In this document: in pieces, positions 1-9,676 of the stretch
Layout: every line of letters starts with the position of its first letter
Numbering within the stretch: position 1 is the first letter of the stretch
Assembly (NCBI GenBank): GCA_017404555.1
Contig: JAFRCD010000001.1
Span: 15,850 to 79,849, forward strand
Reading direction: 5' to 3'
Origin: Bacilli bacterium
GTDB lineage: Bacteria; Bacillota_I; Bacilli_A; RF39; UBA660
DNA: 64,000 bases
Position numbers and translations under genes: made by a program
The notes under the pieces: generated by a model
What the model saw: the letters and a program-made list of their open reading frames with translations, nothing else
Databases searched by the model: none
Told to the model about the DNA's origin: nothing

Positions 1-123
1 CTAAAAGAAGATTATAAAATTCTATTAAAAGCTAGAGATGATTCTAAAGAGTATTTGGAAAATAAAGACTATGATAAAGACGAAATTAAAAAGAAATTAA
101 TAAAGGGTATCATAGGTAGTTGA
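1..123 (+). CDS. 3' end of an upstream CDS (partial, unknown function)
   Basis: Open frame runs from the window edge to TGA at 121-123. No recognisable motif. Confidence 0.35.
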   Translation, partial: LKEDYKILLKARDDSKEYLENKDYDKDEIKKKLIKGIIGS

Positions 124-230
124 CAAAATATAAAAATTACTTTATGATTAAAGTGCATGATAGATAATCATGCCGAATTTATACTCACGATTATATTAAG
201 TGGGTATATGTTCAACCGAACCCCCTGAAG

Positions 231-258
231 ATAGGCCTTTTGGCCTATCGCTTTTTTT
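231..258 (+). terminator. rho-independent terminator hairpin
   Basis: ataggcc-tttt-ggcctat stem-loop followed by a T7 run. Confidence 0.6.
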
Positions 259-269
259 ATGTTATAATA
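240..269 (+). promoter_or_regulatory. putative sigma-A promoter for the 289-822 gene
   Basis: TTGGCC (240-245), 18-nt spacer, TATAAT (264-269). RBS AGGAGG at 278-283, ATG at 289. Confidence 0.4.
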
Positions 270-288
270 TAGATAATAGGAGGAGCAC

Positions 289-822
289 ATGAAAAAAAGA
301 ATAACAATAATATCAATTATAATCGCAATTGCTATAATAATTATAGGAGTAGTAATTGGTTATCGAAATATTAATAATACTAATAAATCTCTTTTAGTAG
401 TAAGGACATATGCTAAGTATACATCTTCATCTCGATTTGATGGTACTGCCATATTTAATGATGGAAGTGTCTATAGTTGGAGCTTTAAAGGATCTACTGA
501 TAAAGAGTATAAAAAGTATATTGATAACAATAATATTGATACAAAAAAAGGTCTAGAAAAGTTCATCTTAAAAAGAGGAAAGAAAAGATCAAATAAAGTA
601 CCTAGTAATGAATTAGAAGAGATTAAAAGAATTGTTAATAGTTTAACAGAAAAAGATACTGACTATGAAGTTGGTTGTTCTGCTACCCAATCTGGTAATT
701 TCTCAACAGCGGCTTTTAAAGACACAACAAGATATGAAATAAAAGTGAGTGGTGCTTGTGATGGTACTAGTAAGACAACTAATTCATCTAGAATATTAGC
801 TATTGCTAATAAGTATTTGTAA
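289..822 (+). CDS. hypothetical membrane-anchored or secreted protein
   Basis: 177-aa ORF with a strong RBS and an N-terminal hydrophobic segment (IISIIIAIAIIIIGVVIG). Confidence 0.6.
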   Translation: MKKRITIISIIIAIAIIIIGVVIGYRNINNTNKSLLVVRTYAKYTSSSRFDGTAIFNDGSVYSWSFKGSTDKEYKKYIDNNNIDTKKGLEKFILKRGKKRSNKVPSNELEEIKRIVNSLTEKDTDYEVGCSATQSGNFSTAAFKDTTRYEIKVSGACDGTSKTTNSSRILAIANKYL

Positions 823-1140
823 TTAAAAACAGAAGATAATATCTTATTATATGATGTATAATAAATATACGTAAAAAGGAGATGGTAATATGAAAAAACG
901 AATTGTTTTAGTATGTATTGCCATGTTTTTAGAACAGGAGAAATAGCTTCAAGTCAAAAAATCTATCTGAAGGGTATTGGAGCAAAGATAAAGACTTACT
1001 TTTGGATTAATGCTTTTATAAGAGAATTTATCGCGACATTATCTAGAGAAAAAGAAAAGCATATTAAAACAATAATTATATTAGTACTACTAAGTTTTTC
1101 TTTACTAATTGTACATTATTTAAGTTTATATTTATAATTA

Positions 1141-1164
1141 AAAAGGTCATTAAGACCTTTTTTA
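1141..1164. terminator. bidirectional terminator hairpin
   Basis: aaaaggtc-atta-agacctttttt sits between convergent ORFs, with T-runs on both sides. Confidence 0.6.
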
Positions 1165-2040
1165 TTTTAATAATTCAGTAAAACTGTTAATAATATTATT
1201 ATTCTTTCTAGTTGATTCAATTAAGTATACTAAGTCCTTCTCTTTAAAACTAAAGTTAGTATCTAACTCAAATAACTCTTTAGAATCTAATTTACTTTGA
1301 ACATATTCTTTTACAACTAAACCAACGCCTAAACCACCTCTAGCACAATCTTCTATTATTAAGTCATTTCCTATTTCCATTAATGGATGAATAATGATAT
1401 TATTTCTTTTACAAAACTCATTAAAATTCATCCTGTTACTAGCATTAAATGGAAGTAATACTAAAGGCAGGGTAGATAAATCTTTCTTAGTAATAGTTTT
1501 ATCTTTATACTCACTATCACCATTAACTACTAATATATCATGTAACTTCTTTATTTTAGTAATAGTAAAGTTACTAGGAATATCATTAGGTAAATGAGTA
1601 AAGACAATATCAACAAGTCCTACTTGAGCTCTTTTAATTAATTCAGGAGTAACTACAGTATGGACTATAACATTAATATTAGGATATAACTCATGAAACT
1701 TCCTAATATAGGGCATTAAATACCTCTGCATAATAGTATTACCCGCACCAATATTAATAGTTCCACTTTCCATATTATTTAAACTAGTAATATCTTCTTC
1801 AGCTGAAACAATTAAATCCATGGACTTCTTAATCTTATTAAAAAGTAATTCCCCGGCATTAGTTAAAGAAACACCACCTTTTTCCCTGTTAAATAAAATA
1901 GTATTAAGATCCCTTTCTAAGACCTTAATTGACTTACTAACAGCAGGTTGAGAAACCATTAATTCATTAGCGGCCCCAGTAATACTTTTGTTCTTTGCTA
2001 CATAGTAAAATACTTTATATAATTCTAGATTTGTTTTCAT
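1162..2040 (-). CDS. LysR-family transcriptional regulator
   Basis: N-terminal HTH pattern (SITGAANELMVSQPAVSKSIKVLE) and a LysR substrate-binding-like C-terminus. The start is probably the second ATG, which follows a GGGGG RBS. Confidence 0.85.
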   Translation of the reverse strand: MKTNLELYKVFYYVAKNKSITGAANELMVSQPAVSKSIKVLERDLNTILFNREKGGVSLTNAGELLFNKIKKSMDLIVSAEEDITSLNNMESGTINIGAGNTIMQRYLMPYIRKFHELYPNINVIVHTVVTPELIKRAQVGLVDIVFTHLPNDIPSNFTITKIKKLHDILVVNGDSEYKDKTITKKDLSTLPLVLLPFNASNRMNFNEFCKRNNIIIHPLMEIGNDLIIEDCARGGLGVGLVVKEYVQSKLDSKELFELDTNFSFKEKDLVYLIESTRKNNNIINSFTELLK

Positions 2041-2168
2041 AAAAACCCCCATAACTAAAAGTTATATTTCATATAAAAAATATGTATTTTAATTATACCA
2101 CTTTTTGCCTTATAATACAAAGTTGTTTGAAAGGCCAATCAGACAAAAACTAAGAAGGAGGGTAGAAG

Positions 2169-2747
2169 TTGGACAAGACAATACTTGAACAAGTTAAAGA
2201 AGCAGCGAATAAAGCTAAAATCAAATATGTAAGTTTCTTTAATAACGGAAAGATAGTAAAAGACAACGGTAGAATGGAAAGAAGCTTTAATAAAGCCAAT
2301 GATTCTTATCAAAGTGAACTTTTATTAGAAACAATGGTAGATGGTGCGAAGCTTTATTCAAGTTTCTATGATTTTGATAGTATAGACATGCATCTAATAT
2401 TAGGTTTAGTATTTAATGAACAAGATATTAAGGAAGATCAGCAACTAGAAGGTGCGAAACCAATTAAAGGTCTTGTAAGATACTATACTGGAACTTTTGA
2501 TATTACTAATGGTGAAGAAAAAACTAGTTTTGATGATGGTAGATATTATCCATCTACTCAAGGATTTATTAATTATAACAAATTAATGAAAGCTATTGAA
2601 AAAAGTGGATTAGATTATACTGGTCCTGAAACATTCCAAGAGTTTGAAGAACAAATCCTAGTAGGAGAACCATTTGATATTAAAGTATCAGCTAATCTAT
2701 CAAAAGAAGAAAAAACAACTGGTAAAGTAAAAGTAAAAACAAAGTAG
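2169..2747 (+). CDS. hypothetical protein
   Basis: 192-aa ORF with a TTG start after AAGGAGGG. No recognisable motif. Confidence 0.5.
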   Translation: MDKTILEQVKEAANKAKIKYVSFFNNGKIVKDNGRMERSFNKANDSYQSELLLETMVDGAKLYSSFYDFDSIDMHLILGLVFNEQDIKEDQQLEGAKPIKGLVRYYTGTFDITNGEEKTSFDDGRYYPSTQGFINYNKLMKAIEKSGLDYTGPETFQEFEEQILVGEPFDIKVSANLSKEEKTTGKVKVKTK

Positions 2748-2797
2748 ATAACATTGTTATCTACTTTTTATATGTTATAATTAATATAGGTGATTAT

Positions 2798-3235
2798 ATG
2801 AAGAAATTATTTATCTATTATAGTTTAACTAGTAATGGTGATGTAGTAGCAAAAGAATTAAAAAAGAAAGGATACGATATTAGAAAAGTTATAAGTAAAA
2901 GTAAGTATCCTAAGAATAGAGCTTTAATGATATTAATAGGTGGTTATAAAGGAACGTTTAATAAGAAAGATAAACTATTAGACTTTGATAGTGATATAAC
3001 TAAATATGATAAAGTAGTAATAGGATCTCCTGTTTGGAATGATAGATTATCAGCACCTATCAATACAGTAATAAGTACAATAGATACAAAAGATATAGAC
3101 TTTATTCTATATAGCGCCAGTGGTAAAGCAGAACATGCTAAAGAAAAAATAAAAGAACTATACAACAAAGAACCAATAATCCTAAAAGAACCAAAGAAAC
3201 ATAAAGAGGAATTAGAGAAGTTAAAAGGGATATAG
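2798..3235 (+). CDS. flavodoxin-like fold protein (Flavodoxin_4-like)
   Basis: 145-aa ORF with a short N-terminal beta-strand (LFIYYS) and an IGSPVWN-type motif typical of flavodoxin-like proteins. Confidence 0.5.
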   Translation: MKKLFIYYSLTSNGDVVAKELKKKGYDIRKVISKSKYPKNRALMILIGGYKGTFNKKDKLLDFDSDITKYDKVVIGSPVWNDRLSAPINTVISTIDTKDIDFILYSASGKAEHAKEKIKELYNKEPIILKEPKKHKEELEKLKGI

Positions 3236-3473
3236 AAAACTTGCTCTCTTCCCCCTGGCCCCTAAGTGGTGTCTTAGAAATCCTTATTTTATAAAGATTT
3301 CTTTTATTTTAGGTACCATTTTACATACCAGCAAGCTAGTACATTTTGAAGAGAGCATAAATTTGGTTCATCTCAGTACATATTTAGGGTAGCACAATAG
3401 TAAAAAATTTCAAAGTCATTCGAAATTAATTATTATATTTCATATAAAATGATGAGGAAAACAGAAGGTTATA

Positions 3474-3482
3474 TGATATAAT
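3474..3482 (+). promoter_or_regulatory. extended -10 element (TGnTATAAT) upstream of the methyltransferase gene
   Basis: tgatataat lies about 40 nt upstream of AGGAGG (3512-3517) and ATG 3523. Confidence 0.4.
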
Positions 3483-3522
3483 GTTTATAGGAGATATAGT
3501 AAGTACAAATCAGGAGGAAAAT

Positions 3523-5466
3523 ATGTTTGATATACAAAATCGTAGATACATAGGTAATAAATATAAATTAATGGATTGGATATCTGATTTAATAGACAAA
3601 AATTGTAAAAATTGTCACTCGTTCTTTGATGTATTTGCCGGAACTGGATCTGTAACGGATTATATGTTTGATAAGTATGATAGATTTATAATAAATGACT
3701 TTTTATATTCAAACAATATAATATATAATGCCTTTTTTTTGAATGAAGAATATAATGCTGAATTGATAAATGATATAAAAATTAGATATCAGAAATTAGA
3801 TTCATCAAAACTTAAAGATAATTATGTTTCAATCAATTTTGGAAATAAGTTTTTTAATTATGATGATTCTTTAAAAATTGGATACATAAGAGAAGACATT
3901 GAAAAGTTAAAAAAATCTAACAAAATTAATTACAAAGAATATAGTATATTAATTGCTTCACTATTATATTCTTTAGATAGGATAGCTAATACAATTGGCC
4001 ATTATGATGCTTATAGAAAAACAAAAGAAATAAAATCAAGTTTCATATTTGAATTGATTAATCCTAAAGATGATAATCAAAAAAAGGTAATAGAAATATA
4101 TAGAGAAGATTCTAATGGCTTAGCTAAAAGAGTTAAATGTGATATTGCTTATATAGATCCTCCATATAATTCGAGACAATATAGTAGATTTTATCATGTT
4201 TTAGAAAATATTACTGAATGGAAAAAACCTGAGTTATTTGGGGCTGCTTTAAAACCTAAAGAAAAAAATATGTCTGATTATTGCAAGGTTACTGCTCCAA
4301 TAGCGTTTAATGATTTGGTTCAAAGCTTAGATGCAAAATACATAGTAGTTTCTTATAATAATACATACAATTCTAAGAGTAATTCTTCAAAAAATAAGAT
4401 TACATTAGAAGAATTAGAAACAATATTGTCTAGTAAAGGTGAAACACAAATATTTGAAAAGAAATACAAGGCATTTGATGCTGGGAAAACAGATTTAAAC
4501 GATCATAAAGAATTTATATTTATAACTAAAGTAAAGAAAGATATTAAGAAGGAAATATCTTATAGATCACCATTATTTTATGTTGGTGATAAATATAAAT
4601 TAATGCCTGAAATTAAAAAATATATGCCAGAGGGGATTGTTAATTATGTAGAACCTTTTGTTGGCGGTGGTTCATCGTTTCTAAATGTAAAAGCAAAAAA
4701 TTATATTGTCAACGATATAGATACAAGTATTATGTCAATTCATGAAATGCTAAAATCATATTCATTTGATAAAGAAAAATTCTTTGATAAAGCTTTCAAA
4801 TTAATAAATCGTTATGGATTATCATGTTCATATAATGGACATTTAGTTCCTGAAGAATTAAAGCAAAAATATAAGAAAACTTACTATGCTAAGTATAATA
4901 AAGAAGCATACATAAAATTAAGAAATGACTATAATAAAGATCAAAAGGATATATTAAAGTTATATTTATTATTAATATATGGATTTAATCATATGACAAG
5001 ATTCAACTCTAAAGGTCAATTTAATTTACCTGTTGGTAATGTGGATTTTAATAGTAATGTATATAATTCACTAAATTATTATTTTGATTATTTAAAGAGA
5101 ATAAAAATAAAATATTCAAGTATGGATTATAAAAAATTTTTAAATTCTTTATTGCTAAATGAAAATGACTATGTATTATTGGATCCTCCATATTTAATAA
5201 GTCAAAGCGAATATAACAAATTATGGAGTGAAAAAGATGAAAAAGAATTATATGAATTATTAGATGAACTTGATAAAAAGGGAATTAGATTTGGTATAAC
5301 AAATTTGGTTTATCATAAAGGAAAGAAAAATACTATTTTTGAAAAATGGTCTAAAAAGTATAATGTTTATGAGATTAATAGTAATTATATAAGCTTTAAT
5401 GATAATACAATTAAAGCAGGATCTAAGGAGGTGTTTGTTACTAATTATGGCACAAGCAAAGAGTAA
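3523..5466 (+). CDS. fused tandem N6-adenine DNA methyltransferase (two D12/Dam-class alpha domains), M.FokI-like
   Basis: Two complete Dam-like modules are each visible directly in the translation. Domain 1 has RRYIGNKYKL, FAGTGS (motif I) and IDPPYN (motif IV). Domain 2 has LFYVGDKYKL, FVGGGS and LDPPYL. The protein is 647 aa. The motif strings and the two-domain layout match my recollection of M.FokI (GGATG/CATCC). Confidence 0.8.
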   Translation: MFDIQNRRYIGNKYKLMDWISDLIDKNCKNCHSFFDVFAGTGSVTDYMFDKYDRFIINDFLYSNNIIYNAFFLNEEYNAELINDIKIRYQKLDSSKLKDNYVSINFGNKFFNYDDSLKIGYIREDIEKLKKSNKINYKEYSILIASLLYSLDRIANTIGHYDAYRKTKEIKSSFIFELINPKDDNQKKVIEIYREDSNGLAKRVKCDIAYIDPPYNSRQYSRFYHVLENITEWKKPELFGAALKPKEKNMSDYCKVTAPIAFNDLVQSLDAKYIVVSYNNTYNSKSNSSKNKITLEELETILSSKGETQIFEKKYKAFDAGKTDLNDHKEFIFITKVKKDIKKEISYRSPLFYVGDKYKLMPEIKKYMPEGIVNYVEPFVGGGSSFLNVKAKNYIVNDIDTSIMSIHEMLKSYSFDKEKFFDKAFKLINRYGLSCSYNGHLVPEELKQKYKKTYYAKYNKEAYIKLRNDYNKDQKDILKLYLLLIYGFNHMTRFNSKGQFNLPVGNVDFNSNVYNSLNYYFDYLKRIKIKYSSMDYKKFLNSLLLNENDYVLLDPPYLISQSEYNKLWSEKDEKELYELLDELDKKGIRFGITNLVYHKGKKNTIFEKWSKKYNVYEINSNYISFNDNTIKAGSKEVFVTNYGTSKE

Positions 5467-7057
5467 ACCATTATCATTTTCTACTACTATGAGAAATCCT
5501 AATAGAATAGCTGGTTTTTTATCACAAATAGTAGAATTTGAAGGGCAAGTTTTAACAAGTGAAATAATATATAAAGTTATACATAATGTTATAAAAAATA
5601 AATTATATTATACTATGTATGAATATGGCAAACCTGAATATAAAGATATATATTTTTCTGACGAATTAGAATTTTCTGATGAACAAGTAGATGATATTAT
5701 TGCTAGTACAAAACAAAAACATAAAGAGGCAGGATTTGAAGAGGGTTGGGAATCACGCTTTGATACTTGGTTTAGCTTACCTAAAGAATTTGGATTTGTC
5801 TTTTATGAAAAAGGAAAACAAATTAGAATATCTGAAACAGGACATATGTTAATAGATAATAGTAATTTGGAAGAACCTGATGAAGTAATGAATCAAAATA
5901 TATTTTTAAACAGTTTATGTAAGTATCAAACAAATAATCCATTTAAGAAAAATTTAAATGAAAATAATCCGTTACTTTTACTTTTGAATACAATTAAATT
6001 ATTGAAGAATGATCCTGAAGAAAATGATGCAGGAATATTTAGAAGTGAACTTAGTTTATTAATATGTTGGAATAATAATGATGCTACTGAAGTATATAAG
6101 CTAATTAAAAAGTTACGTAAACAAGTTGGGTTTCAATATAGTGATGAAATGATTTATGATATTTGTTTAGAATTATTAGGATGTGTTACACCAGAAGAAA
6201 AAGAAGCAAGTAAAAAATATTTTAAGATTGATAAAATATGTGGTGAAGCAGTAGATGAATATATAAGAAAAATGAGAAGCACAGGAATATTATCGTTAAG
6301 AGGAAATGGTAGATTTTTAGATTTTAATAGTTTTGAACAAAAGAAAATTGACTATGTACTAAGTAAGTACTCATCTATTAAAACTTATAGTAGTGAAGAA
6401 GAATATTTTAATTATATTGGTCAAAAAGATAAAGAATTATTTGATATTAATGATGAAGTAGATTATTCTAAAGAATATGGTATAAAGATTGAAACACTAA
6501 ATAAATTTGCAAACAAGTATACTAAGGAAGAAATATTTAAGGAACTTCTGATTTTAAGTAAGAAAACAGAAAGTAAAAATGATGAATTTAGATTTATACC
6601 TGATCCAACAAGATTAGAATTTTTAACTAGTATTTCTCTTGTTCAAAATTTAAATGGATGTTATGTTGAACCAAATTATTCAATAGATGATGAGGGAATG
6701 CCAACTATGACTGCAAGGGGCAATATGCCAGATATAGTTTGCACTGAAATAAGTGAAAACCCAAATGTATCGCCTTTGATTTCAAATGTTGAAGTGACCA
6801 TGATGAGAGGTAAAACTGACCAAGTTATGAATGAGATGATACCTATTAGAAGACATTTATTAAATGATATGTCAAAGCATAAGGATGTTTTTGCTGTTTT
6901 TGTTGCTCCATTTATTCATGATGATACTAAAGAAGCTTCTGAATGGTATAAACATAAAGACAATATAAATATAAATTTATATACAATAGAAGAATACATT
7001 TTAACAATAGAACAGCATAGTGAATTATATTATTTGAATAAAATGGAGATGAAGTAA
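5447..7057 (+). CDS. putative type IIS restriction endonuclease (FokI-like)
   Basis: The gene overlaps the methyltransferase gene by 20 nt. The N-terminal GxxxxWxSxFxxW...GFxxY pattern and a C-terminal PD...(E/D) segment (GNMPDIV...NVEVT) resemble the FokI recognition and cleavage domains from memory. The position directly after a FokI-like methyltransferase supports the call. Confidence 0.5.
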   Translation: MAQAKSKPLSFSTTMRNPNRIAGFLSQIVEFEGQVLTSEIIYKVIHNVIKNKLYYTMYEYGKPEYKDIYFSDELEFSDEQVDDIIASTKQKHKEAGFEEGWESRFDTWFSLPKEFGFVFYEKGKQIRISETGHMLIDNSNLEEPDEVMNQNIFLNSLCKYQTNNPFKKNLNENNPLLLLLNTIKLLKNDPEENDAGIFRSELSLLICWNNNDATEVYKLIKKLRKQVGFQYSDEMIYDICLELLGCVTPEEKEASKKYFKIDKICGEAVDEYIRKMRSTGILSLRGNGRFLDFNSFEQKKIDYVLSKYSSIKTYSSEEEYFNYIGQKDKELFDINDEVDYSKEYGIKIETLNKFANKYTKEEIFKELLILSKKTESKNDEFRFIPDPTRLEFLTSISLVQNLNGCYVEPNYSIDDEGMPTMTARGNMPDIVCTEISENPNVSPLISNVEVTMMRGKTDQVMNEMIPIRRHLLNDMSKHKDVFAVFVAPFIHDDTKEASEWYKHKDNININLYTIEEYILTIEQHSELYYLNKMEMK

Positions 7058-9267
7058 TGGAAGCAAATAATAGAATGTTATATGATGATATAATAAAGAA
7101 AACAGATGTTCAATATACGATTCCGGTATATCAAAGAAATTATACTTGGGAAAAAGAAAACTGTGAGTTATTGTATAACGATATAGTTAGTAGTATAAAA
7201 AATGAGAGAAACCATTTTTTAGGAAGCTTAGTTTATTCAACAACAAAACGTAATGATATAAAAAGCTGTCCGATAATTGACGGACAACAAAGATTAACAA
7301 CAATTATGTTATTATTGAAAGCTATTGATGATTTAATTAAAGATCCTGAAAATATTACAAAAAAGAAAATTAAACAAAATATATATAACGAAAACTGTGA
7401 AGAGAGATATAAACTAAAACTTAAAAATAGTGATAATGATAATTCTGAATTGGAAAAAGTATTGATGGGGAATACTACTAATTTAGATACAACATCTAAA
7501 GTAGTTATCAATTATAATCATTTTAAATCTTTAATTAAAAGAACTATTGAAACAGAACAGTGGAGCCCTGATAAATTGGTTGAAGGCATTGATAGATTGG
7601 AAATTGTTGAAATAGTTTTAAACGAAGGAGATTCACCTCAAAAAATATTTGAAAGTATAAATTCTACAGGAGTAAAGTTAACAACTGCAGATTTAATTAG
7701 AAATTTTTTACTTATGGGCATTTTGGATGTTGGAAAGCAGGCTGAAATATATAAAAATTATTGGATAACAATAGAAAGTTTAATAGGTAAAGATAATATT
7801 GAAAAGTTTTTCTATGATTTTCTTGTTTCAAAGGATACAAGGTACATAGAAGAAAAGAAAGTATATGAAAATTTTAAAAAATATTATATAAATAGTAACA
7901 TAATAGGAATTGAAGGTATTGAAAAGATATTTAGTGAAATAGTTAGATATGCTCAGTATTATAAATTGTTAGTTTTAAACAATTCTAAAGATTATGATAA
8001 AGTAACAAATCAATTATGCAATATATTTAATATTTTGCAACATAGAACTATATATCCATTTATGTTAAAAGTATGTAATGATTTTGATGATATTAGAAAA
8101 TTACATATGAAAAGAAAAAACGATGTAGGTGAAGAAGTTAAAATAGAGTTAACAAAAGAAGAAGAATTAGAATTAATAAATAAGGAAAAAGAATTTAATA
8201 ACATTATAAGATTATTTGGTAATTATGCTATGAGACGTAATATAGCAAATGTTGCTTCATCAAGTCTACGTAGATTTTATGCATCTTTATATAATAAAAT
8301 ATTTGAAAAAAATAAAAATAATTTTAACTGTTATTTTAAGGCATGTGAGGCATATTTATGTACATTAAAAACAGAAGATAGGATGCCTAATGATAATATG
8401 TTTAAGGATGGCTTACTATATAGTAATATGTACGCTAATGCTAAAACAAGAATATTAAGATATTTCTTTGATTTGATAGAAAATAGTGGAAAAGAGCCAG
8501 TCGATATGTCTGAATTAACTATAGAACACATAATGCCTGAGACATTAAGTACTCAGTGGAAAACAAGTTTGGGTGATAATTATCAAGAAATATATGATAA
8601 ATACGTTCATACATTAGGTAATTTATCCATTACAGGTTATAATTCTGAATATAGTAATGATCCATTCTTGAGTAAGAAAAAACGTTATAATGATATGCTT
8701 ATTACAGGTGAAACTAAAATTGTAAAATTGAATGAAGAATTAAAGAATAATAAAGAAAACAACATAGAGATTTGGAATGAAGACGAAATTGAGAAGCGTG
8801 CAGAAAGATTATCAAAAGTAATTATGAAGGAGTTTCCTTATCCTAAAGACATAGATACTACATTAGAGTTTGAAAAATTTTATGAATTCTATATAGATAA
8901 TCCTGAAGATAATGCTGATGAATTTGAAAACAGCCCTGCATACAAATTATATGGATTCCAATTTGAAGAAACAAAATATAGGGCAGATAGTTACAGAAGC
9001 ATATTCAAGGAGATAATTAAATTATTATATAATATTGATAATTCTGTTTTAGATGACTTAGCAAATAGTAATTATACCTATGAAAGAGGTAAAACTATAA
9101 GATTTTCGAGAACTAAAGAAAATGAGCATCAAGAAGAAATTTTACCATCATTATTTGTTTATACAAATTATAGTAGAAGTACAATTTTTGATTGGATAAG
9201 AGATTTATTTAATAGATATCAATTAGATATATCATTATTTTGTTTATTATTTATAGAAAAAGAATAA
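7057..9267 (+). CDS. GmrSD-like type IV restriction enzyme (DUF262 N-domain fused to DUF1524 HNH-like C-domain)
   Basis: DUF262 motifs are present (IPVYQRNYTWEKE; IIDGQQRLTT). The C-terminus has a His-Me finger-like TIEHIMPE. The ATG overlaps the upstream stop codon (taATGg). Confidence 0.8.
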   Translation: MEANNRMLYDDIIKKTDVQYTIPVYQRNYTWEKENCELLYNDIVSSIKNERNHFLGSLVYSTTKRNDIKSCPIIDGQQRLTTIMLLLKAIDDLIKDPENITKKKIKQNIYNENCEERYKLKLKNSDNDNSELEKVLMGNTTNLDTTSKVVINYNHFKSLIKRTIETEQWSPDKLVEGIDRLEIVEIVLNEGDSPQKIFESINSTGVKLTTADLIRNFLLMGILDVGKQAEIYKNYWITIESLIGKDNIEKFFYDFLVSKDTRYIEEKKVYENFKKYYINSNIIGIEGIEKIFSEIVRYAQYYKLLVLNNSKDYDKVTNQLCNIFNILQHRTIYPFMLKVCNDFDDIRKLHMKRKNDVGEEVKIELTKEEELELINKEKEFNNIIRLFGNYAMRRNIANVASSSLRRFYASLYNKIFEKNKNNFNCYFKACEAYLCTLKTEDRMPNDNMFKDGLLYSNMYANAKTRILRYFFDLIENSGKEPVDMSELTIEHIMPETLSTQWKTSLGDNYQEIYDKYVHTLGNLSITGYNSEYSNDPFLSKKKRYNDMLITGETKIVKLNEELKNNKENNIEIWNEDEIEKRAERLSKVIMKEFPYPKDIDTTLEFEKFYEFYIDNPEDNADEFENSPAYKLYGFQFEETKYRADSYRSIFKEIIKLLYNIDNSVLDDLANSNYTYERGKTIRFSRTKENEHQEEILPSLFVYTNYSRSTIFDWIRDLFNRYQLDISLFCLLFIEKE

Positions 9268-9337
9268 AAGAAGGCGCTAGTACAGGCTTAATATATAAGT
9301 TTTTGTATGGCGTTTTTTTAGTAGGAGGTAATTAATA

Positions 9338-9676
9338 ATGTCTAAAACTATCATTCACAATATGCCTTTACCTTCAAATACAAAATATAAATGGTCTGAA
9401 TGTTTTGCTAAATTAATGTTGGAAAAAGTGATAACTAGTGAGTTAAATAATTTAGCTATAGCTGATAAACCAGATCTTCAAAATGCAAGCATGAGTGTTG
9501 GTATTGAGGTTACTACTGCTGTTGATAAAAAAGATATGGAGTTAGAGAGACTATACACTGAAATTGAATATGGATTGATTAGAAATATTGAAGGTGCAGC
9601 AAAAAAAATTAATAGATTGGGTGGAAAAATTATTGATGGAATATTAATTCATCCAGGACGACAAGAACACTTATGA
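9338..9676 (+). CDS. hypothetical protein (first gene of the three-gene module)
   Basis: 112 aa, AGGAGG RBS 9 nt upstream. No recognisable domain. Confidence 0.55.
   Translation: MSKTIIHNMPLPSNTKYKWSECFAKLMLEKVITSELNNLAIADKPDLQNASMSVGIEVTTAVDKKDMELERLYTEIEYGLIRNIEGAAKKINRLGGKIIDGILIHPGRQEHL

Noticed and set aside
890-1137. An 18-codon ORF (MKKRIVLVCIAMFLEQEK*) with a strong RBS, followed by an out-of-frame 74-aa ORF
   Set aside because: It looks like the signal-peptide start of a lipoprotein gene that is now disrupted. Neither piece has convincing coding features. It is possibly a decayed gene, and I cannot support calling it.
2944-3168. Various minus-strand ORFs of 60-110 aa inside large plus-strand genes (for example 7233-7511, 36370-36627, 44202-44507, 58385-58705, 59015-59347)
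   Set aside because: All are embedded antisense within well-supported conserved genes, lack an RBS, and show low-complexity S/L/I-rich translations typical of AT-rich antisense frames.
3250-3266. GC-rich tccccctggcccctaag patch as a possible tRNA or tmRNA fragment (att site)
   Set aside because: No acceptor/T-arm complementarity and no CCA-like end could be found. It is kept only as part of the island-border observation.
5399-5446. Upstream ATG start for the endonuclease ORF offered by the ORF track
   Set aside because: This ATG lies deep inside the methyltransferase coding frame with no RBS. The ATG at 5447, which follows AAGGAGGTG, was preferred.
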